A DNA stretch of 64,000 nt from the NCBI GenBank assembly GCA_963848295.1, contig CAWKDB010000010.1, forward strand, positions 4,320,001 to 4,384,000. The letters run 5' to 3'. Source of the DNA: an uncultured delta proteobacterium. GTDB lineage: Bacteria; Myxococcota_A; Polyangia; Haliangiales; Haliangiaceae. Positions within the stretch are counted from its first letter, which is position 1. Every line of letters starts with the position of its first letter. Position numbers and translations under genes: made by a program. Of the stretch, positions 10,161-20,044 are shown piece after piece. A model generated the notes under the pieces. It ran no database searches. It worked only from the letters and a program-made list of their open reading frames with translations, and was not told the origin of the DNA.

Positions 10161-13100
10161 GCGCCGACCTCCTGCGTCGCCGGACCGCGCTGCGGTTCGA
10201 TCGACAGGCGCGCGAGCTCGGCCTCGCGATCGGCGAGCAGCGCGTCGTCGGCGCGAATCGCGACCGCGAGGCCGTAACGCACGAACGCGAACACCAGGCC
10301 GGCGAACGCCGCGCCGGAGTGGACCCGCTCCGCCGCGAGGGCGTAGAGCCGCGCCTGCATCAAGTAGTGCTCGTACACGTGCTCGCGCGCGGCTTTGGGA
10401 TCGACGAGCACGTCGGTCTTGTAGTCGATCACCCATAACGCGTCGTCCCAGCGAACGAGTGCGTCGATGTAGCCGCGCACCAACCCGCGGCCGGGCGCCG
10501 GGAGCGGGTATGCGAACTCGACCTCGCGTGCGATCGCGTCGGCGGCGACGAGCGGAGGCAACCCCGTCCCATCGCTGAGCTCGAACGGCGCGGTCAGCGT
10601 GCGATGAATGAGGCGCGCGGCGTGCGGCAGGTGACGCGAGTCGATCGCGTGCGTTCGAGCCGCGGCGACGAGCTGACTCGCGACGCGCCGGTCCGCGGCC
10701 CAGGCGTCGACGGACAGCGTGCGCGCGAGCTCGAGGTCCGCGACCTCGAGCACCTCGTGCACGAGCTGACCGGAGCTCGCCCCGCGGGGCAGATCGCCCG
10801 GCGGCAGAACGATCGGCTCGACGGCGCGCTCGTCACCGTCGAGCTCGGCACGCTCGAGCTCGAGCTCGGGTACGTGGCTCGCGGCGCGCACGCGCTTCGT
10901 CGACTCCGCGGCGCGCGCGGCGAGGCGCGTGTACGACAGCGTGACGAGCCCGGCCTGGGTCGCGGCGATTGGTGGAAGCTCGACGACGCGCGGCGCGACC
11001 GGCAGCGCGAGGTCGGCGAGTGCATCGGGCGGCGCCGGCGCGGGCTCCGGCCGTTCGGCGATCCGAACCACCTCGAACAGCGCATGACCTCGCGTCGCGA
11101 TCGGTTCGATGCAGCGTTGGATCGGCCCGAAGCCGGCCTTGTCGGCGCCCGCGGTCTTGAACATCGGTACGTAAAGCCGGACCTGCGCGCGCGTCAAAGC
11201 GACGTAGGCGAGGCGTTGATCCTCGTTCGACTTGTCCGCTTCGAGCCGGGTCTCGATCGCCGCGGGCTGATCGCCGACGACGAGCTCGCGCCGTTGCGCC
11301 TCGCGCAGGACGCGCGCCGGTCGCTTCTTGCCGACCCATTGCCCGCCGAACAAGAACACGTACGGTGCCTCGAGGCCCTTCGCCTTGTGGATCGTCAGCA
11401 CGCGGATCGCGTCGGCGTCGGTGTCGGCACGCTGAACATCGCGATCGTCCGGCTGGTCCTCGCTGTCCGCGATCCACATGCGCAAGCGGGTGACGAGCTC
11501 GTGCAGGTCACACCGCGAGCGCGCGACCTCCTCGAGCAGCAGCTCGAGCACGTGCCACGTGTTCGTGACCGCGCGCTCCCCGCCGCCGAGGACGAGCGCG
11601 CGCTCGACGAACCGACTGTCCTCGACGAGCCGGCGGAACAACGCCTCGTACGCGCGCCGGGCGGCGAGCTGTGACCACTCGTGCAGCCGGGCGATCGCGG
11701 GATGATAGTCCGGCGCGTCGACCGTGCGCGCGATCTCCGTCCACGGCACGTCGAAGAATCGCGTGCGCAGCGCGCGCAGCCGCGCCGATCGATCGCGTGG
11801 CGCCGCGATCGCCGCGAGCACCGACGCGAGCTCCTCGGTCTCGCGCGTCTGGAATAGCCGCTCGCTCTCGACGATCGCGCACGGCAAGCCGCGCGCGCGC
11901 AACGCCTTCGTGATCTGCATCGCCTCCTTGTTCGATCGGGTCAGCACCATCACCTGGCCGAGCGCGAAGGCCGGCGCGCGCCCGCGGCTCGACCAGGTCG
12001 GCGGATGCGCGCGCAGCTCGGCGATCTCGTCGCCGATCGCCGCGGCGAGCGCCTCGCGGGCCTGCTCGGCCTTCATCGGCGCGACCGCGAGCACGGTGAT
12101 CGGCGGATGCGGATCATCGGCGGTGACATCGCCGCTCGCCTCGACCGGCTCGTCGTACTCGATCTCGCCATCGAGCAGCGGCATGCCGAGGTTGCCGACG
12201 AGCACGTGGTTGACCGCGGCGACCAAGGGCGCGGTCGATCGGCGATTGACCGCGAGCGCGACGCGTTGCGCGCCGGCGGCGAGCAGCTGTTCGCGCGCGT
12301 CGAGATAGGTCGCGACATCGGCACCGCGGAAGCTATAGATCGCCTGCTTCGGGTCGCCGACGATCGTCAACCCGCGCGCCGCCTCGTCCATCCAGACTCG
12401 ACGGAAGATCTCCCACTGGGTCGGGTCGGTGTCCTGAAACTCGTCGATCATCACCCACGGCATCCGCGTGCGCAGTCGCGCCGCGAGCGCGGGGCCGCGA
12501 TCGCCGGCGAGGGTCTCTCGGACAAGCCCGAGCATGTCGTCGTAGTCGAACTGACCGCGCTCGGCTTTGTCGCGCGCGATGCGATCGACGATCGGCGGCA
12601 ACATCGCAGCCGCGACGATCTCCTTGATCTGCATCGCACCGGCCGCGGCATCGAGCGCGCCGACCACGATCGGCGGCAAGCGCTCGCGGGCGCCCGCCAG
12701 CCACTTGAATGGATCGGCGAGCGCCTGTAGCGCGGACAGGTCGTCGCCGATGTCGCCGGACGCGAGCGCGAGCGCGCGATCGATCTCGGCGAGGTGCTGC
12801 GGGAGCGACTTGTGCGTGGGTAGCTTCGCTCGCAGCTCCTTGCGCGTCGCCTCGCCGAACGCCGCGCGCACGGTCGCGACCACGCGCCCCGGCTCCTCGG
12901 GATCGAACGCTCGGCGCAGCTCGCCGTGGGTGCGCACGCAAGCGAGCAGCAGGTCGCGCAGGTCCTTGATCGTCTTGTTGCTGCGGCGAAACGCCTGGAT
13001 CAGCTCGCGCTCCGGCGAGACCCGCGCGAACCTCTCGCGCAGCAGCGCGTCGAACGCCGTATCGAACGCGACCTCGTCGGCGACCTGGACTTGGTCGAAC

Positions 13101-13492
13101 AAGCGCCGCGCTGCGAACGCGTCTTCGACCAGCACGCGGTGGCAGAACCCGTGGATCGTGAAGATCGGCGCGTGATCGAACGCGGTCACCGCCGCGCGCA
13201 GCCGAGCCCGCGCCGCATCGTCGATCGTCCAGGCGCTCGCTTCGTCGGTCGAACCGGTCGCGCGCGACAGCCGATCGAGCAGGTCGCGGACGCGCAGCCT
13301 GAGCTCGGCGACCGCCTTGTCGGTGAACGTGACGAGCAAGATCTGGCCGAGCTCCGCGCCGGCGCCGAGGATCAGGTCGACCACGCGATGTTCGAGAAAG
13401 AACGTCTTGCCGGTACCGGCCGACGCTTCGACCACGACGAACCGCGCCGCCGGATCGGGCAACATCGCCGGCCGAGCGACGCGCACGGTCAC
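10157..13492 (-). CDS. recB: Exodeoxyribonuclease V beta subunit
   Basis: ASAGTGKT, DEFQDT, GDPKQAIYSFRGAD, TIHKAKGLE, YVALTRA, C-terminal nuclease GYID...IDYKT...Q..LY. Confidence 0.93.
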   Translation of the reverse strand: MTVRVARPAMLPDPAARFVVVEASAGTGKTFFLEHRVVDLILGAGAELGQILLVTFTDKAVAELRLRVRDLLDRLSRATGSTDEASAWTIDDAARARLRAAVTAFDHAPIFTIHGFCHRVLVEDAFAARRLFDQVQVADEVAFDTAFDALLRERFARVSPERELIQAFRRSNKTIKDLRDLLLACVRTHGELRRAFDPEEPGRVVATVRAAFGEATRKELRAKLPTHKSLPQHLAEIDRALALASGDIGDDLSALQALADPFKWLAGARERLPPIVVGALDAAAGAMQIKEIVAAAMLPPIVDRIARDKAERGQFDYDDMLGLVRETLAGDRGPALAARLRTRMPWVMIDEFQDTDPTQWEIFRRVWMDEAARGLTIVGDPKQAIYSFRGADVATYLDAREQLLAAGAQRVALAVNRRSTAPLVAAVNHVLVGNLGMPLLDGEIEYDEPVEASGDVTADDPHPPITVLAVAPMKAEQAREALAAAIGDEIAELRAHPPTWSSRGRAPAFALGQVMVLTRSNKEAMQITKALRARGLPCAIVESERLFQTRETEELASVLAAIAAPRDRSARLRALRTRFFDVPWTEIARTVDAPDYHPAIARLHEWSQLAARRAYEALFRRLVEDSRFVERALVLGGGERAVTNTWHVLELLLEEVARSRCDLHELVTRLRMWIADSEDQPDDRDVQRADTDADAIRVLTIHKAKGLEAPYVFLFGGQWVGKKRPARVLREAQRRELVVGDQPAAIETRLEADKSNEDQRLAYVALTRAQVRLYVPMFKTAGADKAGFGPIQRCIEPIATRGHALFEVVRIAERPEPAPAPPDALADLALPVAPRVVELPPIAATQAGLVTLSYTRLAARAAESTKRVRAASHVPELELERAELDGDERAVEPIVLPPGDLPRGASSGQLVHEVLEVADLELARTLSVDAWAADRRVASQLVAAARTHAIDSRHLPHAARLIHRTLTAPFELSDGTGLPPLVAADAIAREVEFAYPLPAPGRGLVRGYIDALVRWDDALWVIDYKTDVLVDPKAAREHVYEHYLMQARLYALAAERVHSGAAFAGLVFAFVRYGLAVAIRADDALLADREAELARLSIEPQRGPATQEVGA

Positions 13493-16400
13493 GACTTCTT
13501 CTCCCGCGCGGTCTCGACCATCGCCGGGAACCGCGCGCTGAGCGGTCCGAGCCGGCGCAGCGCGATCGCGAGGGCATCGCCTGGAACGTCGAGCCCGTGC
13601 GCGCTCTCGATCGGGCCGAAGCCGTGCGCGCGTTCGATCTTGATCGCCGCGTCCTTACCGCTCGCCAGGCGCGCGAGCGTCTCGTAGGGCAGGAGGTAGC
13701 CGTGCGATTCGTCGAATAGCTCGGTCGCGATCGCGGCGAGATAGGCGCGCGCGTCGGCTTCGGTCCACCGCGCGTGCTCGCCCGTTCGAGCGTTGCCCTC
13801 CCCCGCGACCAACGTGTGCGCGTGGCCCGCCGGCGCGAGCCCGGCCGCGGCGAGCAACACGTGGTCGAGCGCACCGCGCAGGTGATACCTCGACCGCGCG
13901 TCGACCTTGCCGAGCAGCGCGATCAGCGAGCGATGGCCGCTCGGGGTCACCTCGAGCAGCTCGGTCTCGCCGACAATCCGGACCGTCCGGCCGCCGGACA
14001 GCTCGATCTCGACGGCGGGACGCAGGATCGATTCGCGCGAGCGCGCGCGGCCGAACGCGTAGCGCGTGACCGCGCCTACCGACGCGAGGTCCTCGCGCCA
14101 GCGATGCAACAGCTCGAGATCGACCGCGCGTTGCGCGCTGCCGAACACGCCGACCGGAAACTGGCCGCGCAGCAGCCACGCGCCGACAATCGCGTCGTAG
14201 CACGCCGTCGGGTCGCGCCCCGGCGTGCGCAACGAGGCCTCGAGCGCCTCGCGCAGCACCGTCGCGCGTACGTTGTTCGCGAGGTCGAACGGCTCGTCGC
14301 TGCGCGTCAGCGTCTCGTCGTCGGGTAGATCGTCGAGTCCGAGCTGCGACCGAGCCCACGCTTGCACCGGTGACTCGAAGAACGCCCGGAGCTGCGAGAC
14401 CGAGAGCGTGCGGACCCCAGCGCCCGGGTCGGTCGCGGCCGGCGCCTCGCTGATCGCGAGCGCGGAGCGGAGCTCGCCGAGCGCGGAATGCGCGAGCAGG
14501 CTGAACATGTCGTCTTCATCGGGGACCGGCTGATCGTGGCCGCGCAGGTGATCGCGGATCCGATCGCGTACGTCGGCGGCCCACCGCTCGCGCGCGATCG
14601 CAGGTGGGAGATCGCCCGAGCCGTGAAAGCGCTGCAGCGGCTCGTGCCGCGAGATGCGCTCGAGCGCGTCGCGGCTCGACGTGGCCCCGAGATAGGGCGC
14701 GAGCGCGTCGGCGAGCTCGAGCACGACCGATGACGGCCCGAGCGTCTGGCCGCTCTTGGCCTCGACCGCGGTGTACGACAGAAACAGAGCATCGCGCGCG
14801 CCGAGCAGCACTTCGAGAAAGCCGTGGCGGTCGCGGTCGCGCGGCGAGATGTCGCCGGCGCGCACCGCGCGGACATCGAGCGGGCTCGGTTGCTCGCCGG
14901 CCGGGAACGCTCCCTCGTCGAGCCCGACGATGAACGCGACCCGCGCGGGAATCGCTCGCATCGCGGCGAGCGGTGCGAGCATGACGCCGTGGGCGAGCGG
15001 CTCGCCTCGACCGGCGCGCGCAGACGTGAGCTGGCGCGTCGCGTGCTCGCGCGCTTCGCGAAACCCGACGCGGCGGCCGTCGAGGTCGAGTCGTGCGAGC
15101 CCGGCGAGCATCGCGCGCACGCGCTCGAGGTCGCGCTTGCCATCGTCGTCGCGGGTCGCGAGGTAACTGCCCACGAGCGCGACGAGCACGTCGGCCCACC
15201 GCGCGAGTGGCGCCTCGAACGTCGCGAGCCACGCCGCATCGGCGCACAGCGACCGCACGACGAGCGCGTAGCTCGCCGCGCTCGCCTGCTGATCGGGCCC
15301 CACCTCCTCGGGTGCGACCTCGAGCTGAGCGATCCGCGCGGGCCCGCGTTCGCCGCGCTCGCCGACCATGAACGCGCCGAGCGCCAATCGCCGCACCGCT
15401 TGGTCCCAGTGAAAGAACCGGTCGTGGTCCTCGAGATAGGTGCCGCGGCGTGACTCGCGGTCCGTGCCATGCGCGACGCCGAGCCGATCGGTCCACTGCA
15501 ACCACTCGTCGGGCTCGACGTGCGGAAACGCCGCGAGCACCGCCGGGTGCGTCATGACGCGCAGCAGATCGCGGCGCGTCATCGCCGACGTCGGCAGCTC
15601 GAGCAGCGCGAGCACGGCTTCGCCGATCCGGCCGCGGTCGTCGATCGGCGCGTCGATCAGGTGACACGGCACGCCGACCGCTTCGAACGCGGCCGGCGCC
15701 TGGGCGAGATAGCGTTCGGGATTCGAGGCGATCCACACCGCGACGTCGTTCGCGGCGAGCTCCGGGTCGGCGTCGAGGCGCGTGCGAATCTCGGCCGCGA
15801 CGAGCTCGAGCTCGCGCCGCGGGTTCGGACACGCGAGCACGGTCACGCCCGGATCGATCACCGCGTCGTGATCGACTGCGAGCTCGCGGCCCGCAGACCC
15901 CGTTCGATCGCGCGCATCGGCGAGCAAGCGGGCGAGCGCGGTCGTGCCGGCGGTCGTCGAGAACCGGCCCTCGAGGTCGCCGTCGCTGCGCTCGACGAGT
16001 GCACCGATCGTGTCGCGTGCGGCGCGGCCCCACAGCGCGAGCGGCAACGGATCGCCAGCGCCCGTCGCGTTCGCGACCGTGCCTCGCCCGGCGACGTCGT
16101 CCCACAGCTCGGCGCAGGGATCGAGCATGTACACCGTGACGTCGCTGGTCGCCGCGAGATCGGTGAGCGCTTCGAGCTGCGAGCGCACGAGAAACGACAC
16201 CCCGAACACCGACACCGGCACCGCCGCCCGCGCGGGTGCGAGCCGAGCTTCGCGCCGCTTCGCCGGGAGCATCGGCACCGGCACGGCGCCGTCGAGCCGT
16301 GCGAACACGTTCGCAGCGAGCGCGACTTGCCAGCGCGCGGTCGGGTCGGCGGCGAGCTCGCTCGGCACGCGACCGGCGACGAAGCCCGCCATCCAATCGG

Positions 16401-16818
16401 ACCGCGTCGACGCGTACTGCCACAGCATGTCGGAGATCCGATCCGCGAGCTGAACGCGTCGCGGGCCGGCGCGGTCGCCTGGCGCGGGTGCGGCCGCGAG
16501 ATACGAGGCGACCGCGGGCAGCTCGCGCATCGCGCGGTCGTCGGCGAGCACCGAGGCGATCACGGCGGCGAGCTGGCGCCGGTCGATCGAAACGATGCCG
16601 CCGCCCCACGTCGTCTCGATGAAGCGATCGAAGGTCACGAGCTCGAGCCCGCTCGCGATGCCGCGAGCCCGCGCGATCTCGCGCATCAGCCAGCGCGCCA
16701 CGAGGTGACTTCCGACGACGATCGTCGATGGGGCGAACGGATTCGCGGCCGGCAGCGCTTCGAGCAACGCCTCGAGCAAGGCCTCGGCTCGGTCCGCGTG
16801 GACCACGCGCAGCGGCAT
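13489..16818 (-). CDS. recC: Exodeoxyribonuclease V gamma subunit
   Basis: 1109 aa; NPFAPSTIVV, DPC.ELWDD, RRELE, L.AMRAIPARV...GLDEGAFP, DRHGFLE.LL.AR; upstream of recB and recD. Confidence 0.92.
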   Translation of the reverse strand: MPLRVVHADRAEALLEALLEALPAANPFAPSTIVVGSHLVARWLMREIARARGIASGLELVTFDRFIETTWGGGIVSIDRRQLAAVIASVLADDRAMRELPAVASYLAAAPAPGDRAGPRRVQLADRISDMLWQYASTRSDWMAGFVAGRVPSELAADPTARWQVALAANVFARLDGAVPVPMLPAKRREARLAPARAAVPVSVFGVSFLVRSQLEALTDLAATSDVTVYMLDPCAELWDDVAGRGTVANATGAGDPLPLALWGRAARDTIGALVERSDGDLEGRFSTTAGTTALARLLADARDRTGSAGRELAVDHDAVIDPGVTVLACPNPRRELELVAAEIRTRLDADPELAANDVAVWIASNPERYLAQAPAAFEAVGVPCHLIDAPIDDRGRIGEAVLALLELPTSAMTRRDLLRVMTHPAVLAAFPHVEPDEWLQWTDRLGVAHGTDRESRRGTYLEDHDRFFHWDQAVRRLALGAFMVGERGERGPARIAQLEVAPEEVGPDQQASAASYALVVRSLCADAAWLATFEAPLARWADVLVALVGSYLATRDDDGKRDLERVRAMLAGLARLDLDGRRVGFREAREHATRQLTSARAGRGEPLAHGVMLAPLAAMRAIPARVAFIVGLDEGAFPAGEQPSPLDVRAVRAGDISPRDRDRHGFLEVLLGARDALFLSYTAVEAKSGQTLGPSSVVLELADALAPYLGATSSRDALERISRHEPLQRFHGSGDLPPAIARERWAADVRDRIRDHLRGHDQPVPDEDDMFSLLAHSALGELRSALAISEAPAATDPGAGVRTLSVSQLRAFFESPVQAWARSQLGLDDLPDDETLTRSDEPFDLANNVRATVLREALEASLRTPGRDPTACYDAIVGAWLLRGQFPVGVFGSAQRAVDLELLHRWREDLASVGAVTRYAFGRARSRESILRPAVEIELSGGRTVRIVGETELLEVTPSGHRSLIALLGKVDARSRYHLRGALDHVLLAAAGLAPAGHAHTLVAGEGNARTGEHARWTEADARAYLAAIATELFDESHGYLLPYETLARLASGKDAAIKIERAHGFGPIESAHGLDVPGDALAIALRRLGPLSARFPAMVETAREKKS

Positions 16819-16821
16819 TGG

Positions 16822-17763
16822 CTACGGACTCCGCGGCGCGACGATCGACAGCGCGCTCGGCAACAGCTCGAACCGCGCCGGCAAGCGGCCGAGACACTCG
16901 CCGTCGACGTCGAGCTCGACCGTCGCACTCGGTTCGATCGGCTCGGCGTCGACTACTCGCGCGCGCCGCACCGACACCTTGTCCATCGCGAGGTGCGTGC
17001 CTTTGTAGAGCCTGCGTCCGCTCTTCACGAGATCGCCGAACGTGAAGTCGCCGAGCGCGACGACATCGAATACGCCGTCGTCGAGCTCCGCGTCGGGCGC
17101 CACCATCATCGCGCCGCCGAAGAACCGGCCGTTCGCGACGGCGACCGTGTTGATCGTGAGCTCGACCCGGTCTTTGCCGTCGAGCACGAGCTGGACGCGC
17201 TGGTTCTTGTACGACCACGTCGCGCGCGCGGTCGCGAGCGCGAACGACAGCCGGCCGAGTCGCTTCCCGGATTCGTTGACGAGCCGATCGACGACACCGG
17301 ACACGCCGAACGACGCGATGTTCGCGAACATGCGCAGCGCCGGGCCGCCGTCGCGTCGCGTATAGGCGAGCTTGCCGATGTCGATCCGGCGACGATGATC
17401 CGCCGCGATCACCGCTGCGGCCTCGGCGAGCTCGGTCGGCAGGTGCAGCGAGCGCCGGAAGTCTCCTCCGGTACCAAACGGGATCAACCCGAACGCGGCC
17501 TCCGGCGCGATCGGCTCGCCGCCATCGAAGAAGCCGTTGACGACCTCGTTGACCGTGCCATCACCGCCGATCGCGATGATCCGCTCGGCGCCCGAGCGCA
17601 GCGCCTCGCTCGCGAGGTCGGTCGCGTGGCCCGCGCGCGCCGTCATCGCCTCGTCGAACGGAAACGCGCGCGCGAGCGTGTCGGAGATCTCCGCCCAGCG
17701 CTTGCCGAGCCGGCCGCCCTGCGACTGCGGGTTGACGATGACGACCGTGCGCGGCGCGACCAT
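16822..17763 (-). CDS. Diacylglycerol/lipid kinase family protein (YegS/DagK-like)
   Basis: IVNPQS, GGDGTVNEV, PFGTGGDF, ANGRFFGG, DVDGE. Confidence 0.92.
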   Translation of the reverse strand: MVAPRTVVIVNPQSQGGRLGKRWAEISDTLARAFPFDEAMTARAGHATDLASEALRSGAERIIAIGGDGTVNEVVNGFFDGGEPIAPEAAFGLIPFGTGGDFRRSLHLPTELAEAAAVIAADHRRRIDIGKLAYTRRDGGPALRMFANIASFGVSGVVDRLVNESGKRLGRLSFALATARATWSYKNQRVQLVLDGKDRVELTINTVAVANGRFFGGAMMVAPDAELDDGVFDVVALGDFTFGDLVKSGRRLYKGTHLAMDKVSVRRARVVDAEPIEPSATVELDVDGECLGRLPARFELLPSALSIVAPRSP

Positions 17764-17872
17764 GCCGGCGAACTATACCTGGCGGGTCCGATCCCGACCG
17801 CAAGACCGTTGCGATCTCCCGCACTTGACTGGGGACGGAGTAACCTTTGACACCTTACGGCCGCTGGCGACC

Positions 17873-18928
17873 CTATCCGGGACCCTCGTGCATCGCGCGC
17901 TCGATCTTGGTCTTGAGCTCGACGTAGCGGCGCAAGAAGTCATAGTGGCGCTCGCGGAAAGCCTGGGCATAGCGACGTTCTCGCGCTTTTGCGCGCCATG
18001 CTTCGGCGAGCGCGTCGAGCTGACCGAGCAGCTGGCTCACATCGCGAAACGGCTTGATGATCGTGCGATGGCCGTGGGTCTCGACGAGATCGACGTGGCC
18101 GTTATCGGCCGGACCGAGGAACGTCAGCACGACGGTGTCGGGATACTGGTTTCGGATCGTGCGCGCGATCGTCTGCGCCGGCAGGTCGGTGACGTCTTCG
18201 GCGACCATCGCGTAGTGAAACGGGCTGCCGCCGATCCGATCGAGACCTTCGCCCCCGGACGTCGCGTGAATGAACTCGAAGCCCTCGGGCTTGCCGATCG
18301 CTTCGACGAGCTCGTCGACCTCGTCGACGACGAGCACGCGGACGTCGTCCATCTGCACCGTGCGGGACACGTCGCGGCCGGCGACCTGATCGGCGAGGTC
18401 GACCGCGCGGCGCTCGGCCTCCATGAAGTGCTTGAGAAACTCGTCGTGCACGCCGCGGATATCGTCGAGCACGGTGTCGACCTCGCGCTTGCCGACCGAG
18501 CGACCGGCGGCTTCGAGCACGCGGTCCTTGAGATACGCGACCGAGTCTGGCGACTTGAGGATCAGGTCGATCGCGCCGGCGCGCACGGCATCGACCGCGT
18601 CTTCCCACGAGCGCCGCGGTGTCATCGCGACGACCATCGAGGTCGGCGACGCGCGCTTGATCGAGCTGATCGTGGCGATGCCGGCGCGCGGTGACGGCGT
18701 GTCGATGTCGATGAGCGCGACCGAAAAGAATTGGCGGTCGACGAGGTGAAGCGCGCGCTCGGCGTCGGTCACGCAGGTCACGTGCAGGCTCGCCTCGGAC
18801 AACAGCTGCTCGATCCCGGAATGCACGCGCTGATCGCCGTCGAGCACGAGCACCTCGACACCGATCAGCGAGCTGTGCGCTCCCGACGTCTGGCTTCGAA
18901 ATCCGCCGCTGCTGGTTTCCGTCGTCAT
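17873..18928 (-). CDS. Response regulator with a receiver and a degenerate second receiver domain
   Basis: VLVLD...ALIDID...AVRAGAIDLILK; second unit VLVVDE...; no DNA-binding output seen. Confidence 0.75.
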   Translation of the reverse strand: MTTETSSGGFRSQTSGAHSSLIGVEVLVLDGDQRVHSGIEQLLSEASLHVTCVTDAERALHLVDRQFFSVALIDIDTPSPRAGIATISSIKRASPTSMVVAMTPRRSWEDAVDAVRAGAIDLILKSPDSVAYLKDRVLEAAGRSVGKREVDTVLDDIRGVHDEFLKHFMEAERRAVDLADQVAGRDVSRTVQMDDVRVLVVDEVDELVEAIGKPEGFEFIHATSGGEGLDRIGGSPFHYAMVAEDVTDLPAQTIARTIRNQYPDTVVLTFLGPADNGHVDLVETHGHRTIIKPFRDVSQLLGQLDALAEAWRAKARERRYAQAFRERHYDFLRRYVELKTKIERAMHEGPG

Positions 18929-18931
18929 GGG

Positions 18932-19951
18932 TTACCGGTAGGTGAACGCTCGCACGAAATCGACCGCGGCGCCGGGATGAGGCGAGAACACCCAGCTGCC
19001 GACTGCGGCGGCGAGGCACACGGCGAGCTCGCTCGACCCGGTCGTGTTTTCCGCCGCCGTCGCCTTGCCGACGGTGCCGTTCGGGTTGATCGAGAATGCG
19101 ATGCGCACCGTACCGTCGACCACACCGGCGTTGTGATGACAGCGCGCGAACGCGGCCTTCGAGCGCGCGGCTTGGAGATCGACGGCGGCGGCGAGGGCCG
19201 CATCGGGCGCATATGGATCGACCGGCTCGGCAGTCTGCTTCGGGGCCGCGCGAGCCGCGGTCTTGGCGGGCGCGGCAGCGGACAGCTTCTCGTCGCCTGG
19301 CTTCACCGGCGGTTTCGCGGAGGGCGCGGGCGCTTTCGCGACGGCCGCCGTGACAGGCGGGAGGTCGGCGACCGCGTTCGTCGTCGGCGGTGCTGCCGGC
19401 GGGTCGGCGGCGGCGGCTTTTGGCGCCGGCGGCGGCAGCGGCTCGACCGCTGGCTTTGGCGCCGGCGGTGGCAACGGCGTGACGCTCGGAGCCTGCGCGC
19501 CATCGCTCGAATCATCGAGCCCGCGCGCGAGCAGCACGCCACCGGTAGTCGCGAGCGCGAGGTCGACGATCAGCAGGACGACGATCCCACCCCAGTTGCG
19601 GCGCGGCGCCGGCATCGAGATCGACGCATCGGCCAGCGTGTCCGGCGGGGCGATGGGGCCCGACGGTCGCGGCGTGCCCGCGGCCGGCAACGAAGGGCGC
19701 TGCGGATCGATCGATGGTCGGGCCGGCACGTACGCGATCGGCGGTCCAGCTGGCTGCGAAGTCGGACTCGGCGCCGCATAACTCGGTGCGTAACCCGGCG
19801 CAGCGCTCTGCGGAACCTCTGGATAGCGCGCCTCGTTAGACAGGTTGTGGGTCGGCGCGAGTCGGTTGTCCGGGGGCGCGAACCGAGCGCCACACCCACC
19901 GCAGAACCGCGAATCCGGCGTGTTGTCGGTACCGCAGCTCGGGCAGAGCAT
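18932..19951 (-). CDS. Zinc-ribbon / TM / TonB-C-like (AgmX/PglI C-terminal) protein
   Basis: N-terminal CPSCG...FCGGCG, Pro-rich linker, one TM, C-terminal C...G.V.I.F.I...G.V...C...W.F. Confidence 0.75.
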   Translation of the reverse strand: MLCPSCGTDNTPDSRFCGGCGARFAPPDNRLAPTHNLSNEARYPEVPQSAAPGYAPSYAAPSPTSQPAGPPIAYVPARPSIDPQRPSLPAAGTPRPSGPIAPPDTLADASISMPAPRRNWGGIVVLLIVDLALATTGGVLLARGLDDSSDGAQAPSVTPLPPPAPKPAVEPLPPPAPKAAAADPPAAPPTTNAVADLPPVTAAVAKAPAPSAKPPVKPGDEKLSAAAPAKTAARAAPKQTAEPVDPYAPDAALAAAVDLQAARSKAAFARCHHNAGVVDGTVRIAFSINPNGTVGKATAAENTTGSSELAVCLAAAVGSWVFSPHPGAAVDFVRAFTYR

Positions 19952-20044
19952 CCCGAGCGCAAGCGTAACCCACGAGGCTTTCCGGCGCCTCATCTCGCCG
20001 CCGGATCCCGCTCTTCCGCTGTGTTACCCTAGAGGTACGGTGGC

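Noticed and set aside
14516..17850. Very long alternative ORFs over recC/dagK (similar ones at 23012-25426 and 33072-35138)
   Set aside because: Typical stop-poor shadow frames of high-GC genes, with no motifs
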